In this document: positions 53,390-64,000 of the stretch, one piece after another | How positions within the stretch are numbered: the first letter of the stretch is position 1 | Layout: each line of letters opens with the position of its first letter | Origin: Mobula birostris | Taxonomy: Eukaryota | Assembly (NCBI RefSeq): GCF_030028105.1 | Contig: NC_092382.1 | Location: 100,704,699 to 100,768,698 of the forward strand | DNA: 64,000 nt | Direction of reading: 5' to 3' | Notes under the pieces: generated by a model | What the model saw: the letters and a program-made list of their open reading frames with translations, nothing else | What the model was told of the DNA's origin: nothing | Databases searched by the model: none | Translations under genes and position numbers: made by a program

Positions 53390-53496
53390 CTTGGACTTCA
53401 AAGCGAGCACCGAAACGATGATGGCGTACAGGATACTTTTGCAGATCAGGATGAGGTACGTCAGTCGTCCGGTCCCAATGCTCTGCATCTTTTGCT
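53390..53496 (-). CDS. TRBC: TRBC exon 3 (connecting peptide plus transmembrane)
   Basis: tgtgcag|AG CAA AAG ATG...TCC AAG|gttagg. 107 bp encoding (E)QKMQSIGTGRLTYLILICKSILYAIIVSVLALKSK, with the conserved TM Tyr...Lys...Tyr that mediates CD3 association. Phase 1 to phase 0. Confidence 0.95.
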
Positions 53497-53580
53497 CTGC
53501 ACAGAGATAGCAAGGGAGAAAGCTGTGAATCCGGGGTATTCTCCGCCCCAGGGAACCGGTCGAGCCGATCCGTTTAAATA

Positions 53581-53822
53581 CACCCAGTGGCCACTTTATG
53601 AGGTGCAGCTGTACACCTGTTCGCTCCTGATCAGCCAGTCGCGTGGCAGCAACTCATTGCGTCACCAACACGCAGGCACGGTCAGGAGGTTCAGATAACA
53701 TCAGAGCGGGGAGGATTGATTGCCGGTGCCAGACGGGGTGGTTCGAGTATCTGAGAAATTTCGGATCTCCTGGGATTTTCACGCACAGCGGTTTCTGGAG
53801 CTTACAGAGCACGGTGCAGAGG

Positions 53823-53853
<31 letters not shown>

Positions 53854-54688
53854 AACACCCAGTGTTCGGAGGTACTGTGGGCGGAAACGCCTCGTTGCTG
53901 AGAGTAAGCTGAAGAGAATGGTCAGACATGTTCAAGCTGACGGGAAGGCGACAGTAGGTTGGTCAGACCCCACTTGGGCTACTGTGTTCAGTTCTGGTCA
54001 CCTCACTACAGGAAGGGTGTGGATACTATAGAGAGAGTGCAAAGGAGATTTTCAAGGATGCTGCCCGGATTGGGGAACGTGCCTTATGAGAATAGGTGGA
54101 GTGAACTTGGCCTTTTCCCCTTTGGAGCGACGGAGGATGAGAGGTGACCTGAAAGAGGCGTATCAGATGATGAGAGGCATTGATCGTGTGGATAGCCAGA
54201 GGCATTTTCCCCCTAGGCTAACAAGAAAGGGCACAGTTTTAAGGTGCATGGAAGTAGGTACGGAGGGGATGTCAGGGGTAAGTGTTTCACACAGAGAGTG
54301 GTGAGTGTGTGGAATGGGCTGCCGGCGACGGTGGTGGAGGCGGGCACAATAGGGTCTTTTAAGAGGCTCTTAGATGAGTATATGGAGCTTGGAAAAATAG
54401 AGGGCTGTGCGGTTGGGAAATTCTGGGCAGCTTCTACGGTAGGTTACACGGTCAGCACAATATTGTGGGCCGAAGGGCCTGTAATGTGCTGTGGATTTCG
54501 ATGTCCTATATATCTCAGATATCCTTGCGCTGTGACAGTGGCGTGCAGAGGAGGAATTCTGAACCAACAACGTGTTGGACCTTGAGATGGATGGGCTGTG
54601 GCGGCAGAAGACCAAGAACATAGACCCAGTGGCAACTTTTATCGTACCGGCTGCAGGAGGAGGTACCCGATAAAGCGGCCGGTGAGTG
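53581..54688 (+). mobile_element. Tc1-type non-autonomous DNA transposon in TRBC intron 2, split by a CR1 insertion
   Basis: TA|CACCCAGTGGCCACTTTATGAGG ... CCCGATAAAGCGGCCGGTGAGTG|TA imperfect TIRs of the fish Tc1 type. The internal sequence resumes after the CR1. Confidence 0.8.
53957..54511 (+). mobile_element. CR1 3' fragment nested in the Tc1 element
   Basis: LVRPHLGYCVQFWSPHYRKGVDTIERVQRRFSRMLPGL...RGDLKEAYQMMRGIDRVD...FTQRVVSVWNGLP. Confidence 0.9.
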
Positions 54689-55013
54689 TATTTTAGCAAT
54701 TGATGGATCATCGTCGGAGGTAGCGAGGTGCAAGTTTGCCGATGACACCTCCCCCCCCCCCACCCCCCGTGGCGGGCCGACGAAACGGAATTCAAGAAGG
54801 CCCCCAAGAGAATCGCAAGAACAGAAGGCCATAAGGCACAGGGGGACCATTAGGTCATTCGGCCCATCGAGTTTTCTCCTCCATTCCATCATGGCTGACT
54901 GTTCACCCAGACCACACTTTCCTTTGACGCCCTGACTAACCTACCAACGTGCACTTCAGATGCGCCCAAAGACCTTACTGCTGACAGGACGATGTAAGAA
55001 GAGGGAAACTCAC

Positions 55014-55034
55014 CTTTACTGATTCCGCAGGGAA
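55014..55034 (-). CDS. TRBC: TRBC exon 2 (hinge/connecting peptide with interchain Cys)
   Basis: (TC)n tract, then ttccag|TT CCC TGC GGA ATC AGT AAA G|gtgagt. 21 bp, phase 1-1, encoding (V)PCGISK(E). Matches the CG hinge motif of TCR beta and keeps frame between exons 1 and 3. Confidence 0.92.
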
Positions 55035-55187
55035 CTGGAAGAGAGAGAGAGAGAGAAAGAGAGAAATTGAGATACATTATACACTGGATCCGTGCAGAGG
55101 CACATCTCATCATTCGGCGCGTTTACACGAGGCGTTATCGGGGACACACCCACCAGCCAGCCAGCCGATGGTCTCCTCTCGCTGCTG

Positions 55188-56025
55188 CCATCAGGAAGGA
55201 GATACAGGAGCCTCAGGATTCGCACCACCAGCTTCAGGGACAGTTATCACCCCTCAGCCATCAGGAAGGAGGTACAGGAGCCTCAGGACCCACACCACCA
55301 GGTTCGGGAACGGTTATCACCCCTCAATCATCAGGAAGGAGGTACAGGAGCCTCAGGACCCACACCACCAGGTTCAGGGACAGTTATCACCCCTCAATCA
55401 TCAGGAAGGAGCTACAGGAGCTTCAGGACCCACACCAGCAGGTTCAGGGACAGTTATCATCACTCAATCATCAGGAAGGAGGGACAGGAGCCTCAGGACC
55501 CACACCACCAGGTTCAGGGACAGTTATCACCCCTCAACCATCAGGAAGGAGGGACAGGAGCATCAGGACCCACACCACCAGGTTCAGGAACAGTTATCAC
55601 TCCTCAACCATCAGGAAGGAGGTATAGGAGCCTCAGGACTCACACCACCAGGTTCAGGGACAGTTATCACCCCTCAACCATCAGCAAGGAGGTACAGGAG
55701 CCTCAGGACCCACACCACCAGGTTCAGGAACAGTTATCATCCCTCAACCATCAGGAAGGAGGTACGGGAGCCTCAGGACCCACACCACCAGGTGCAGGGA
55801 CAGTTATCACCCCTCAACCATCAGGAAGGAGGCACAGGACCCACACCACTGGGATCAGGGACAGTTATTACCCCTCAACCATCAGGAAGGAGGTACAGGA
55901 GACTCAGGATTCACACCACCAGGTCCAGGAACATATATCACCCCTCAATCATCAGGAAGAAGGTATAGGAGCCTCAGGACTCACACCACCAGGTTCAGGG
56001 ACAGTTATCACCCCTCAGCCATCGG
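55188..56025 (+). repeat. Rex1/L2-LINE-derived 70-bp minisatellite, about 12 units, in TRBC intron 1
   Basis: Unit CCATCAGGAAGGAGGTACAGGAGCCTCAGGACCCACACCACCAGGTTCAGGGACAGTTATCACCCCTCAA encodes PSGRRYRSLRTHTTRFRDSYHPST; preceded by the parent flank LLSLL. Confidence 0.92.
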
Positions 56026-56129
56026 GTAAAATGGATAAGAGCCCAGATCTCACTCCACCAGGGTTAGGAATGTTTGTTACTTTACAACAATGGGGGATGG
56101 GAGGGCGGTCCTTATTGCTTTGGGGCACC

Positions 56130-56400
56130 GCTCCCTGAAGATGTCTTGGATACCTCGGAGGCTCCTGTCCACGATGGAGGGGCCTTAATTTCACAGCTCT
56201 CTGCGGCTTATCTGGATCCCGTGCACTGACCCCCTTTCCCGCATACCAGGCGATGATGCAGCCAATTAGAATGACTCTGTGGACGTTTGAGGGATTGGCA
56301 CCCCGGAACTTGAAATTGCTCACTCTCACCACGTCTGATCCCTCGCCGGGGATTGGTTTGCCTTCCCTCATCTTACCCTTTCTGCAGTCCCCAGTCAGCT
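56130..56400 (-). mobile_element. Rex1/Babar-like LINE fragment
   Basis: Minus translation VRVSNFKF...ILIGCIIAWYA...ARDPDKPQRAV resembles the Rex1-type RT C-terminal ILTGCITAWYGNC motif. Confidence 0.65.
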
Positions 56401-56949
56401 CTTTGGGCCTGTAATTTATCTGTGTGTGTTTATAACCTGCTGGTCTGGCCGTCTGTCTAGGTATCTAGCCACCTATCTCTGCCAATCACAGGGGTATTGA
56501 GCATCAGAGAAAATATGTTACTGAATATGTACTAGAAGGCGCGAAGAAAAGATTCACCGGGACGTCGCCTGGACTTCGGGGCCCGATGTGCAGGGAGAGA
56601 TTGCCGAGATGAGTACTTTATTTGCGGGAAGGTTAGAGACTGGCAGGGGACCTGGTGGAGGCTTATGATAGGGGCTGAGAGCAAGGAGGTGAACTCTCAC
56701 TAGTTTATTAGTGTTTCTAATGCGCATTGATCCTGAGATGGGACATTTGGGTCGGCGTGGTGACGTTGCGCCGAAGTTATCTGTTTCAATGCCGCGAGCG
56801 CTCTGAAATGCCGCACCGAGATGCATCGTGGGGAGTGTCCTGGCCTGTTGCATCATGGTCTGGTACTGCAGGTCGAGCGGAGGACTCGGCCCGATAGGTC
56901 ACGTGACCACCCCTCCCCACCACCGGTCGTATCTACAGGGTGCGCTGAC

Positions 56950-57295
56950 TAACAATAAGAGGCATCGATCGTGTGGATAGTCAGAGGCTTTTTCCCCAGG
57001 GCTGAAATGTTTGCCACAAGAGGACACAGGTTTAAGGTGGGGCGGGGTGAGTTAGGTACAGAGGAGTAGTCAGGAGTAAGTGTTTTACGCAGAGAGAGGT
57101 GAGTGCGTGGAATGGGCTGCCAGCAACGGTAGTGGAGGCGGATACGGTAGGGTCTTTGAAGAGACTTTTGGATAGGTACATGGGGCTTAGGAAAATAGAG
57201 GGTCATGGGTAAGCCTAGTAATTTCGAAGGTAGGGACATGTTCGGCACAACTTTGTGGGCCGGAGGGCCTGTGTTGTGCTGTAGGTTTTCCGTGT
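56950..57295 (+). mobile_element. CR1 3' fragment
   Basis: aagaggcatcgatcgtgtggatagtcagaggctttttccc...acaagaggacacagg...ggaatgggctgccagc plus tail; near-identical in type to 54170-54500. Confidence 0.85.
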
Positions 57296-57670
57296 TTCAA
57301 GAACGCAGCGTCCACCATCATAGATCCCGCCCCCACCAACCGGGCCGCGCCATTCTTCCCATCGGGTAGGAGGTACGGAGGCCGAAAGAACCCCGCACCG
57401 GCCGGTTCGGGACCAGCGACTTCCTTTCAACCGTCCGGTGCTTGAAGCGACCGGCCCAGCCCCGGATCGCCCCCTCGGCGCAGAAACACTGTCACCACTT
57501 TGCGCTACCACAATGGACTCGTTCCCGTCTCAATTGTGTCTTCGTTTGCGAAATATAGTTATAGTTTATGCCCGGCTTGTGTTTCTCGCCTGGATGTTGC
57601 GTGTCCGTGACGTGCAATTTCCCGTGTCCATGCGCACCCATGGACTTGTGACCAGGACCTGCGCGCTTAC

Positions 57671-58015
57671 CATCTTGGACGTTTATCACGTCGTCGTAAG
57701 TCCCGGGCACGTCCCCTTTCTGGTAGTGATCCACCTGGCACCTGACCGACTTGGATCTCACCCATTCCTGGGCGTCCAGGCGTAGACGGCTGGTGATGCT
57801 GAACGTCCTGTCGCCGTCCGTGCTGAGCGCCTCGCGGTCAGTATGGATGTCGGCATATTTGGCCCGGACCTCCCGCCCTTCCACCCACCACCGGATCTTG
57901 ATGTTGTTGGGGTAGAAGCCGGAGATGACGCACACCACCGTGGCTCTCTTTCGGTCCGCGATCTCCTTGCTGGACGGCCGGAGCAGGACGACGTTGGGGT
58001 TCTTCGTCTTGTGCT
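57671..58015 (-). CDS. TRBC: T-cell receptor beta constant region, exon 1 (Ig C1 domain)
   Basis: Minus-strand translation: (E)HKTKNPNVVLLRPSSKEIADRKRATVVCVISGFYPNNIKIRWWVEGREVRAKYADIHTDREALSTDGDRTFSITSRLRLDAQEWVRSKSVRCQVDHY...NVQD. Both Ig cysteines, the GFYP motif, the conserved W and the SSRL-like motif of C-beta are present. 345 bp, phase 1 to phase 1. Pyrimidine tract plus AAG acceptor (58018-58016) and GTAAGC donor (57670-57665). Close to shark C-beta as recalled (KATVVCLVSDFYPDNIKIHW...). Confidence 0.95.
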
Positions 58016-58321
58016 CTTGAGGCGGAGGGGGGGGGGTGGGTGTTGGGAGAAAAGGAGTGAGGAGGTGTCAATACCACATATGTACACAAACGCACCGTCA
58101 AAGCGGCAAATGGAGTTTAACGTGATCAAGTGTGAAGTGTGACTCTCTTTGGATCCTCGATCAGGTCGACCCCCACCGCCGGTAGCCCGTGCTGGTCCAA
58201 ATCCCGTCGCTGTCACGGCAAAAGCTCACCCACGGGGGGATTCCCAACCTCTGGTTCAAGGGCTCCTGATTTCATGGGAGGGGTCAACAGCATGAGAAAG
58301 GGGTGGTTGGGAAGGGCGAGA

Positions 58322-58690
58322 TCATAAGAACATAAGAAATAGGAGCAGGAGTCGGAAATCCTGTCCCGTCGAGCCTGCTCCGCCATTCAATAAGATCACC
58401 GGCTGATCTGGCCACGGACTCATCTGCACCTACCTGCCTTTTCCCCCATAGCCCTTAACTCCCCGTACTGCGCAAAAATCTATCCAACCTTGCCTTAAAT
58501 ATATTTACTGAGGTAGTCTCCGGTGCTTAGTTGGGGCAGGGAATTCCACAGATTCACCACTCTCTGGGAAAAGCAGTTCCTCCTCATCTCCGTCCTCAAT
58601 CCACTCCCACCCCCCCCCCACGAATCTTGAGGGCTCTGTCCCCCTAGTTCGAGTCTCACCTACCCAGTGAAAACGGCTCTCCTGCCTCTG
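58322..58690 (-). mobile_element. CR1 3' fragment with (cataagaa)n tail
   Basis: cataagaacataagaaataggagcaggagtcgg tail and ggaattccacagattcaccactctctggg (NFFSQRVVNLWNS on the minus strand). Confidence 0.8.
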
Positions 58691-59159
58691 TCTTCGTCCA
58701 ACAAGATCATGGCCGATCTGACCCAGCTCAATAAGATCTCCCCTCTATCTCCTCCTGTTAGTCCCACGTCTGCCCCCTCTCTCTCTCTCCTTGCTGCTCA
58801 AACCTTCCCGTCCTGGTAAACATCCCCGTGAATCTTTACCGCGCTCTCAGCAGCTCAACCCACCCTTCCTCTAACTGGGTGAACAGAATTCCAATTCTAT
58901 CTCAGCGACGCCATGAATGCCCCAACTATTTGCAGCTATTGCCCCGTCCGACGGAGTCCGCCTCCTCTACCGTCCCCACCCCCGCTCTCAGTGGAACCCC
59001 GGACTGGTATCCCCGTGTCTCTCTCTGTCCCTTCGCACAACCCCAGGCACCTGTCAGTCATTGCGCACGTCCCGCCTCAGTCCAACTTCCTGAAATCCGC
59101 GCGCCCCAATTAAATCCTTGCCCGTCCCGAGCTCAGTTGGTCAAGCCCTTGTTGTAATT

Positions 59160-60050
59160 ATGATTTCTGTAAAAAATGTCTAACTTGAAGGTATTGAAGA
59201 AAGTGTGAGTATGAAAGAAAATACTTATCAATTAATTGTTCAAAAGGCATCAATCTACCTTCTTTAAATAAATCCAAAACAGAATTTATTTTTCCAAAGT
59301 AAAAAAATTGGATCACTCAAGGAAGGCTTAAAAAAGTAATTTCAATAAATTAAACTGCAAGGTTTAAATTTTGTAAGATTAAAAAAATTGCAGAACTGGA
59401 GTCAAATTTGTAAAGAATACTTAATCACAGGATATAGGTTGAAATTAGCAACTTTAGCTAATTGTATAGGTAAAGCAGCTCCCAATAACGAGGTCAAATA
59501 AAACTGTTTTATTTTCTCAAAATATTCCTCAAAATATTTATGGTATTTCTGTGTCTGACCAACATGTTATTGCATTTGTGACATTGATAGCTAGGAGGGC
59601 CATTTTGCTGAAGTGGAAGGGTACATCAGCTCCCACTTTGTCACAATGGTTCTCTCAAGTGAGCTGTGTCTTAGTTTGGAGAAAATTAGAAGTCTAACCT
59701 TTGAGCCTTTATTGGATTTTGAGAAAAGGTGGGGCTCATTTGCTCGTTATTATCATTTGAGCTAATTGATAGACTTTTTCCACGATCTAATTGTAAATTT
59801 TTTGGGTATATTTTCTTTTCTTGCTGGCGGTTTGATGTTTATTTTTAGAAGCTTTTTGTATCACGCATGGCTCCGGGGTGTTTTTTTTTTCTCACTTTTT
59901 CTGCTTAGTAAGTTTTTTTTTTCGTTATCACAAACTTTTTTCTCAATCTTTAAGATAATGTCTTTCTGAGACATTGTAAGTAACAACTTCAATGTACTCG
60001 TGTTATTTCTTTTGTATAATATAAGATTTGAAAAGAAAGTAATTATGATT
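59160..60050 (+). mobile_element. L1-clade LINE ORF2 C-terminal and 3' UTR remnant
   Basis: AT-rich. Plus frame from 59521 reads NIPQNIYGISVSDQHVIAFVTLIARRAILLKWKGTSAPTLSQWFSQV, then frameshifted CLSLEKIRS...FEKRWGSF, typical of fish L1 ORF2 ends. Left boundary uncertain. Confidence 0.7.
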
Positions 60051-60194
60051 TCATGAAATGTTCCGTCCACTTTCTCCTTACATCCCAAGCACCACCGCCG
60101 CCCCCCCCCGTCCAAGTCCCGGCAACATTTCCCGGGAATCATTTCCGCACCCCCTCAAGCTTAATCCCACCCTACCTACAGCTTCCCACCCTAC

Positions 60195-60480
60195 CTACAG
60201 ATATAGGAGCAGAGTTAGAACATTTGGCCCAATCATGGTTGATCCGGTTTTTTCCCCCTCCTCCTCAGCGCCACTCCCCGGCTTTCTCTCCGTAACCTTT
60301 GACGCCGTGTCCAATCAAGAACCTATCAAGTTCTGCCTTACGTACACCGGGCCTCCACAGCCGCCTGTGGTTATACATTCCACAGATTCACCACCCCTCT
60401 GGCGAAAGCAATTTCTCCGCATCTCCGTTTTAAATGGTCGCCCCTCCGTCTTGAGTCTATGCCCCCTTTTCAGTTTCTGC
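60195..60480 (-). mobile_element. CR1 3' fragment
   Basis: Minus KRGHRLKTEGRPFKTEMRRNCFRQR plus tail. Confidence 0.75.
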
Positions 60481-60984
60481 CCCCTGCCAGTTTCACCTTC
60501 TAGGGTGCCCTGCGCTGGGACTCCCGAGTCCCCTTCCCACTTTGGGACGGCCGGAACGGAACTGAACGCAGTTCTCCGGATGCGGCAAACCAGAGTTTCA
60601 GAATGGTACAACTCGGCTTCGGGACCCTTGGACTCAAGACCTGGACTAATCAGGGCAAGCCAGTTTCAGGGAGCTATAGACACGGAACGCAATATCCGAC
60701 CGTTGGCTGCGTATTTTCCCCCGACATTTGATTCCCCGCCTCCTCAAAATGCACCATCTCACAATGACCCGGACGCAACTCCATGTGCCATTTCTCTAAC
60801 GGCGTCTTTTTGACAGTCCTCCTTGTTAACCACACCTCCGTCAGCCAAAACGTGGAAAAGTACAGCTCAGGAACAGGATCCTCAGTAATTAACAGGCCCA
60901 ACTAAACCAAATCCTTGCTGCCAGCTCAATGTCTACCCGCCACCACCGCCATTCCCTGCACACCCAGGTCCCTGTCTAAAGGGA

Positions 60985-61324
60985 ATAGGGATCCTTTAGT
61001 CTCGTGAGACCATGGATTTGCGCCTTATAAGGTTTCCAGGGAGCAGGCCTGGGCAAGGTTGTACGGAAGGCCGGCAGTTGCCCATGCTGCAAGTCTCCCC
61101 TCTCCACGCCACTGATGTTGTCCAAGGGAAGGGCACTAGGACCCAGATGTTGTCCAAGGGAAGGGCACTAGGACCCATGCAGCTTGGCACCGGTGCCGTC
61201 GCAGAGCAACGTGTGTGGTTAAGTGCCTTGCTCAAGGACACAAACACGCCGCCTCAGCCGAGGCTCGAACCGGCGACCTTCAGATCACTAGACCAACGCC
61301 TTAACCACTTGGCCACTCGCCAAC
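60985..61324 (-). mobile_element. tRNA-derived SINE with an internal 32-bp tandem duplication
   Basis: Same family as 49197-49509; GATGTTGTCCAAGGGAAGGGCACTAGGACCCA occurs twice (61114-61177). Confidence 0.88.
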
Positions 61325-61539
61325 ACTGGCTAACAGTAAACTATCAAGTAAAGCAAAATTGTTCCATGTTTACATATGATGCTCCAAAACAACCCAATTT
61401 TGCCCCGCCGCTCGTTACAACTCATGCCCTCTAATCCAGGGAACGTCCCGGTGAACCACAAATCCGATTACCCCCCCCCCGCCCCACACACACACACACA
61501 AAACCATCCTGTAACAGGGTGGTTAGAACTGAATCGAGT

Positions 61540-61880
61540 ACTCCGGATGTTCCCGCTGATGGGTGAGTCCAGAACCAGAGGCCACAGTTTAAGAATAAGC
61601 GGTAGGCCATTTAGAACGGAGTTGAGGAAAAACTTTTTCACCCAGAGAGTGGTGGATATGTGGAATGCTCCGCCCCAGAAGGCAGTGGAGGCCAAGTCTC
61701 TGGATGCTTTCAAGAAAGAGATGGGTAGAGCTCTCAAAGATAGCGCAATCAAAGGGATTTGGGGATAAGGCAGGAACTGGATACTGATTGTGGATGATCA
61801 GCCATGATCACAGTGAATGGCGGTGCTGGCTCGAAGGGCTGATTGGCCTACTCCTGCACCTATTGGTTATTGTCTATTGA
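61540..61880 (+). mobile_element. CR1 3' fragment
   Basis: RMFPLMGESRTRGHSLRISGRPFRTELRKNFFTQRVVDMWNAPPQKAVEAKSLDAFKKEM plus tail. Confidence 0.9.
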
Positions 61881-62119
61881 TGGGGCCTGAGCAGAGTTTT
61901 AGACAGCCGCAACATGCCCTCCCGCCATCTCCTGCACATCCGCGCCTCCGTCCAAGAGCCTCCTAAACGCCTCTATCGCATCTGTCTCCGCCGCCACTCC
62001 TGGAAGCACATTGCAGGCAGCCCAGCAGTCTCCGGGTAAAAATAATGCTCGCCCCTCTCACCTTAAGCGCACGCCCTCCCCACGACGGAGTACTTTTACA
62101 CGCGAAGCGTTGACGCCGG

Positions 62120-63290
62120 AGACAGGGACCGCCACCACCCCAACTCATGCTCTCTTCGCGCTGCTGCTACCGGACCAAAACGGTGCGGGAGCCTCAGGAC
62201 CCACACCACCAGGTTCAGGGACAGTTATTACAGCTCGACCATCAGGAAGGAGGTACAGGAGGCTCAGGACCCACGCCACCAGGTTCAGGGACAGTTATCA
62301 TCCCTCAACCAATAGGAAGGAGGTACAGGAGCCTCAGGACCCACACCACCAGGTTCAGGGACAGTTATCACTCCTCAACCATCAGGAAGGAGGTACAGGA
62401 GCCTCAGGACCCACACAACCAGGTTCAGGAACCAGTTATCGCCCCTCAACCATCAGGAAGGAGGCACAGGAGCCCCAGGACCCACACCACCAGGTTCAGG
62501 GACAGTTATCACCCCTCAACCATCAGGAAGGAGGGACAGGAGCTTCAGGACCCACACAACCAGGTTCAGAAACAGTTATTAACCCACAACCATCAGGAAG
62601 GAGGTACAGGAGCCTCAGGACCCACACCACCAGGTTCAGGGACAGTTATCACCCCTCAACCATCAGGAAGGAGGGACAGGAGCTTCAGGACCCACAACAC
62701 CAGGTTCAGGAACAGTTATCACCCCTCAACCATCAGGAAGGAGGTACAGGAGCCTCAGGACCCACACCACCAGGTTCAGGGACAGTTATCACCCCTCAAC
62801 CAGCAGGAAGGAGGGACAGGAGCTTCAAGACCCACACAACCAGGTTCAGAAACAGTTATCACCCCTCAACCATCAGGAAGGAGGTACAGGAGCCTCAGGA
62901 CTCACACCACCAGTGTCAGGGAAAGTTATTAACTCTCAACCATCAGGCTCTTGAAACAGAGGGGATAACCTCTCTCAACTTCACTTGCCCCATACCCGAT
63001 CTCTTCCCACAAGCTCCCGTCTCACTTTCGAGGACTCCTCATCTTATGCTTCGATATTTGTTGATTACTTTTTACTTGTTATTATTATTTCTTTATTTTC
63101 GTATTTGCAAACTGGTTGAACGCCCAAGTTGGCGCGCTCTTTATGGTTCTGTTATGGTTATTGCTCTGTTAATTATTTATCATTATAGTATCCAGGGTGC
63201 CCGCAAGAAAATGAATTTCGGGATTGTGTGTGTGTATGTACACTATGATAATAAATTTACTTTGAACTTTGAACTTTGGAACTGGCCATT
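62120..63290 (+). mobile_element. Rex1/L2-like LINE 3' end hosting a 70-bp array
   Basis: Parent flank THALFALLL before the array; IRLLKQRG* after it, then 3' UTR and an aataaatttactttgaactttgaacttt tail. Confidence 0.8.
62170..62947 (+). repeat. Second 70-bp LINE-derived minisatellite, about 11 units, upstream of TRBC exon 1 (J-C intron side)
   Basis: Same unit and orientation as 55188-56025. Confidence 0.92.
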
Positions 63291-63294
63291 TCCA

Positions 63295-64000
63295 CACTGC
63301 TATACAACCATATAACAATTACATCACGGATACAGACCATCTCGGTCCTTCTAGTCCATGCCGAATTCTCACCCTATCCTAGTCCCACCGACCTGCACTC
63401 AGTCCCCATAACCCTCCATTCCTTTCCTGTCCCTATATCTATCCAATTTAATTTTAAACGACAACATCGAACCTGCCTCAACCACTTCTCGTTCCACACA
63501 GCTACCACTCTCTGAGTAAAGAAGTTCCCCCTCATGTTACCCCTAAACTTCTGCCCTTTAACTCTCAACCCATATCCTCTTGTTTGAACGTTCTCTACTC
63601 TCAGTGGAAAAAGTCTAACAACATCAACTCTATCAATCCCCCTCATAATTTTAAACACCTCTATCAAGTCCCCCCTCAACCTTCTACATTCCAAAGAATA
63701 AAGACCCAACTTGTTCAACCTTTCTCTGCAACTTAGGAGATGAAACACAGGCAACATTTTAGTAAACCGCCTCTGTACTCTCTCAATTTTATTGTCATCT
63801 TTCCTATAATTCGGTGACCAGAACTGTACATAATACTCCAGATTTGGCCTTAACATTGCCTTGTATAATTTCAACATTACATCCCAACTACTATACTCAG
63901 TGCTCTGATTAATAAAGGCCAGCATACCAAATGCTTTCTTCACCACCCTATCCACATGAGATTCCACCTTCAGGGAACTATGCAACATTATTCCTAGATC
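63295..64000 (-). mobile_element. CR1 LINE RT C-terminal fragment, continuing beyond the window
   Basis: HSSLKVESHVDRVVKKAFGMLAFINQSTEYSSWDVMLKLYKAMLRPNLEYYVQFWSPNYRKD...RGDLIEVFKIMRGIDRVD...FFTQRVVAVWN. Confidence 0.95.

Noticed and set aside
56897-56908. 12-bp palindrome GGTCACGTGACC (USF/TFE-type site) in TRBC intron 1
   Set aside because: A single isolated motif among repeat remnants; no supporting cluster.
58139-58216. FGPA motif on the minus strand upstream of C exon 1 as a possible J segment
   Set aside because: Not FGXG; no RSS and no splice donor. No J segment found between 58 and 64 kb.
62011-63315. 434-aa ORF and the overlapping 261-aa ORF; also 348, 266 and 186-aa ORFs at 55067-56138
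   Set aside because: Read-through of the stop-poor 70-bp LINE-derived arrays.

Overview
Vertebrate genomic DNA, most likely a cartilaginous fish (shark or ray). This is inferred from the TCR protein and repeat families recalled from memory, not from a search. Bases 1-36300 are one satellite array of about 600 copies of a 61-bp monomer derived from CR1 LINE ORF2, with nested higher-order structure; its left end lies outside the window. Bases 36300-64000 are repeat-dense: CR1, Rex1/L2-like and L1 fragments, tRNA-derived SINEs, Tc1/mariner non-autonomous elements, microsatellites and two N gaps. The only supportable host gene is a complete four-exon T-cell receptor beta constant gene (TRBC) on the minus strand (58015 to 52896): Ig domain, hinge, transmembrane and cytoplasmic exons, all with GT-AG sites and compatible phases. 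No V, D or J segments were found. The most striking pattern is repeated conversion of short LINE coding segments into tandem arrays (61, 82, 70 and 70 bp units). Two homologous 70-bp arrays bracket the TRBC Ig exon. Nearly all long ORFs in the supplied track are repeat artefacts.
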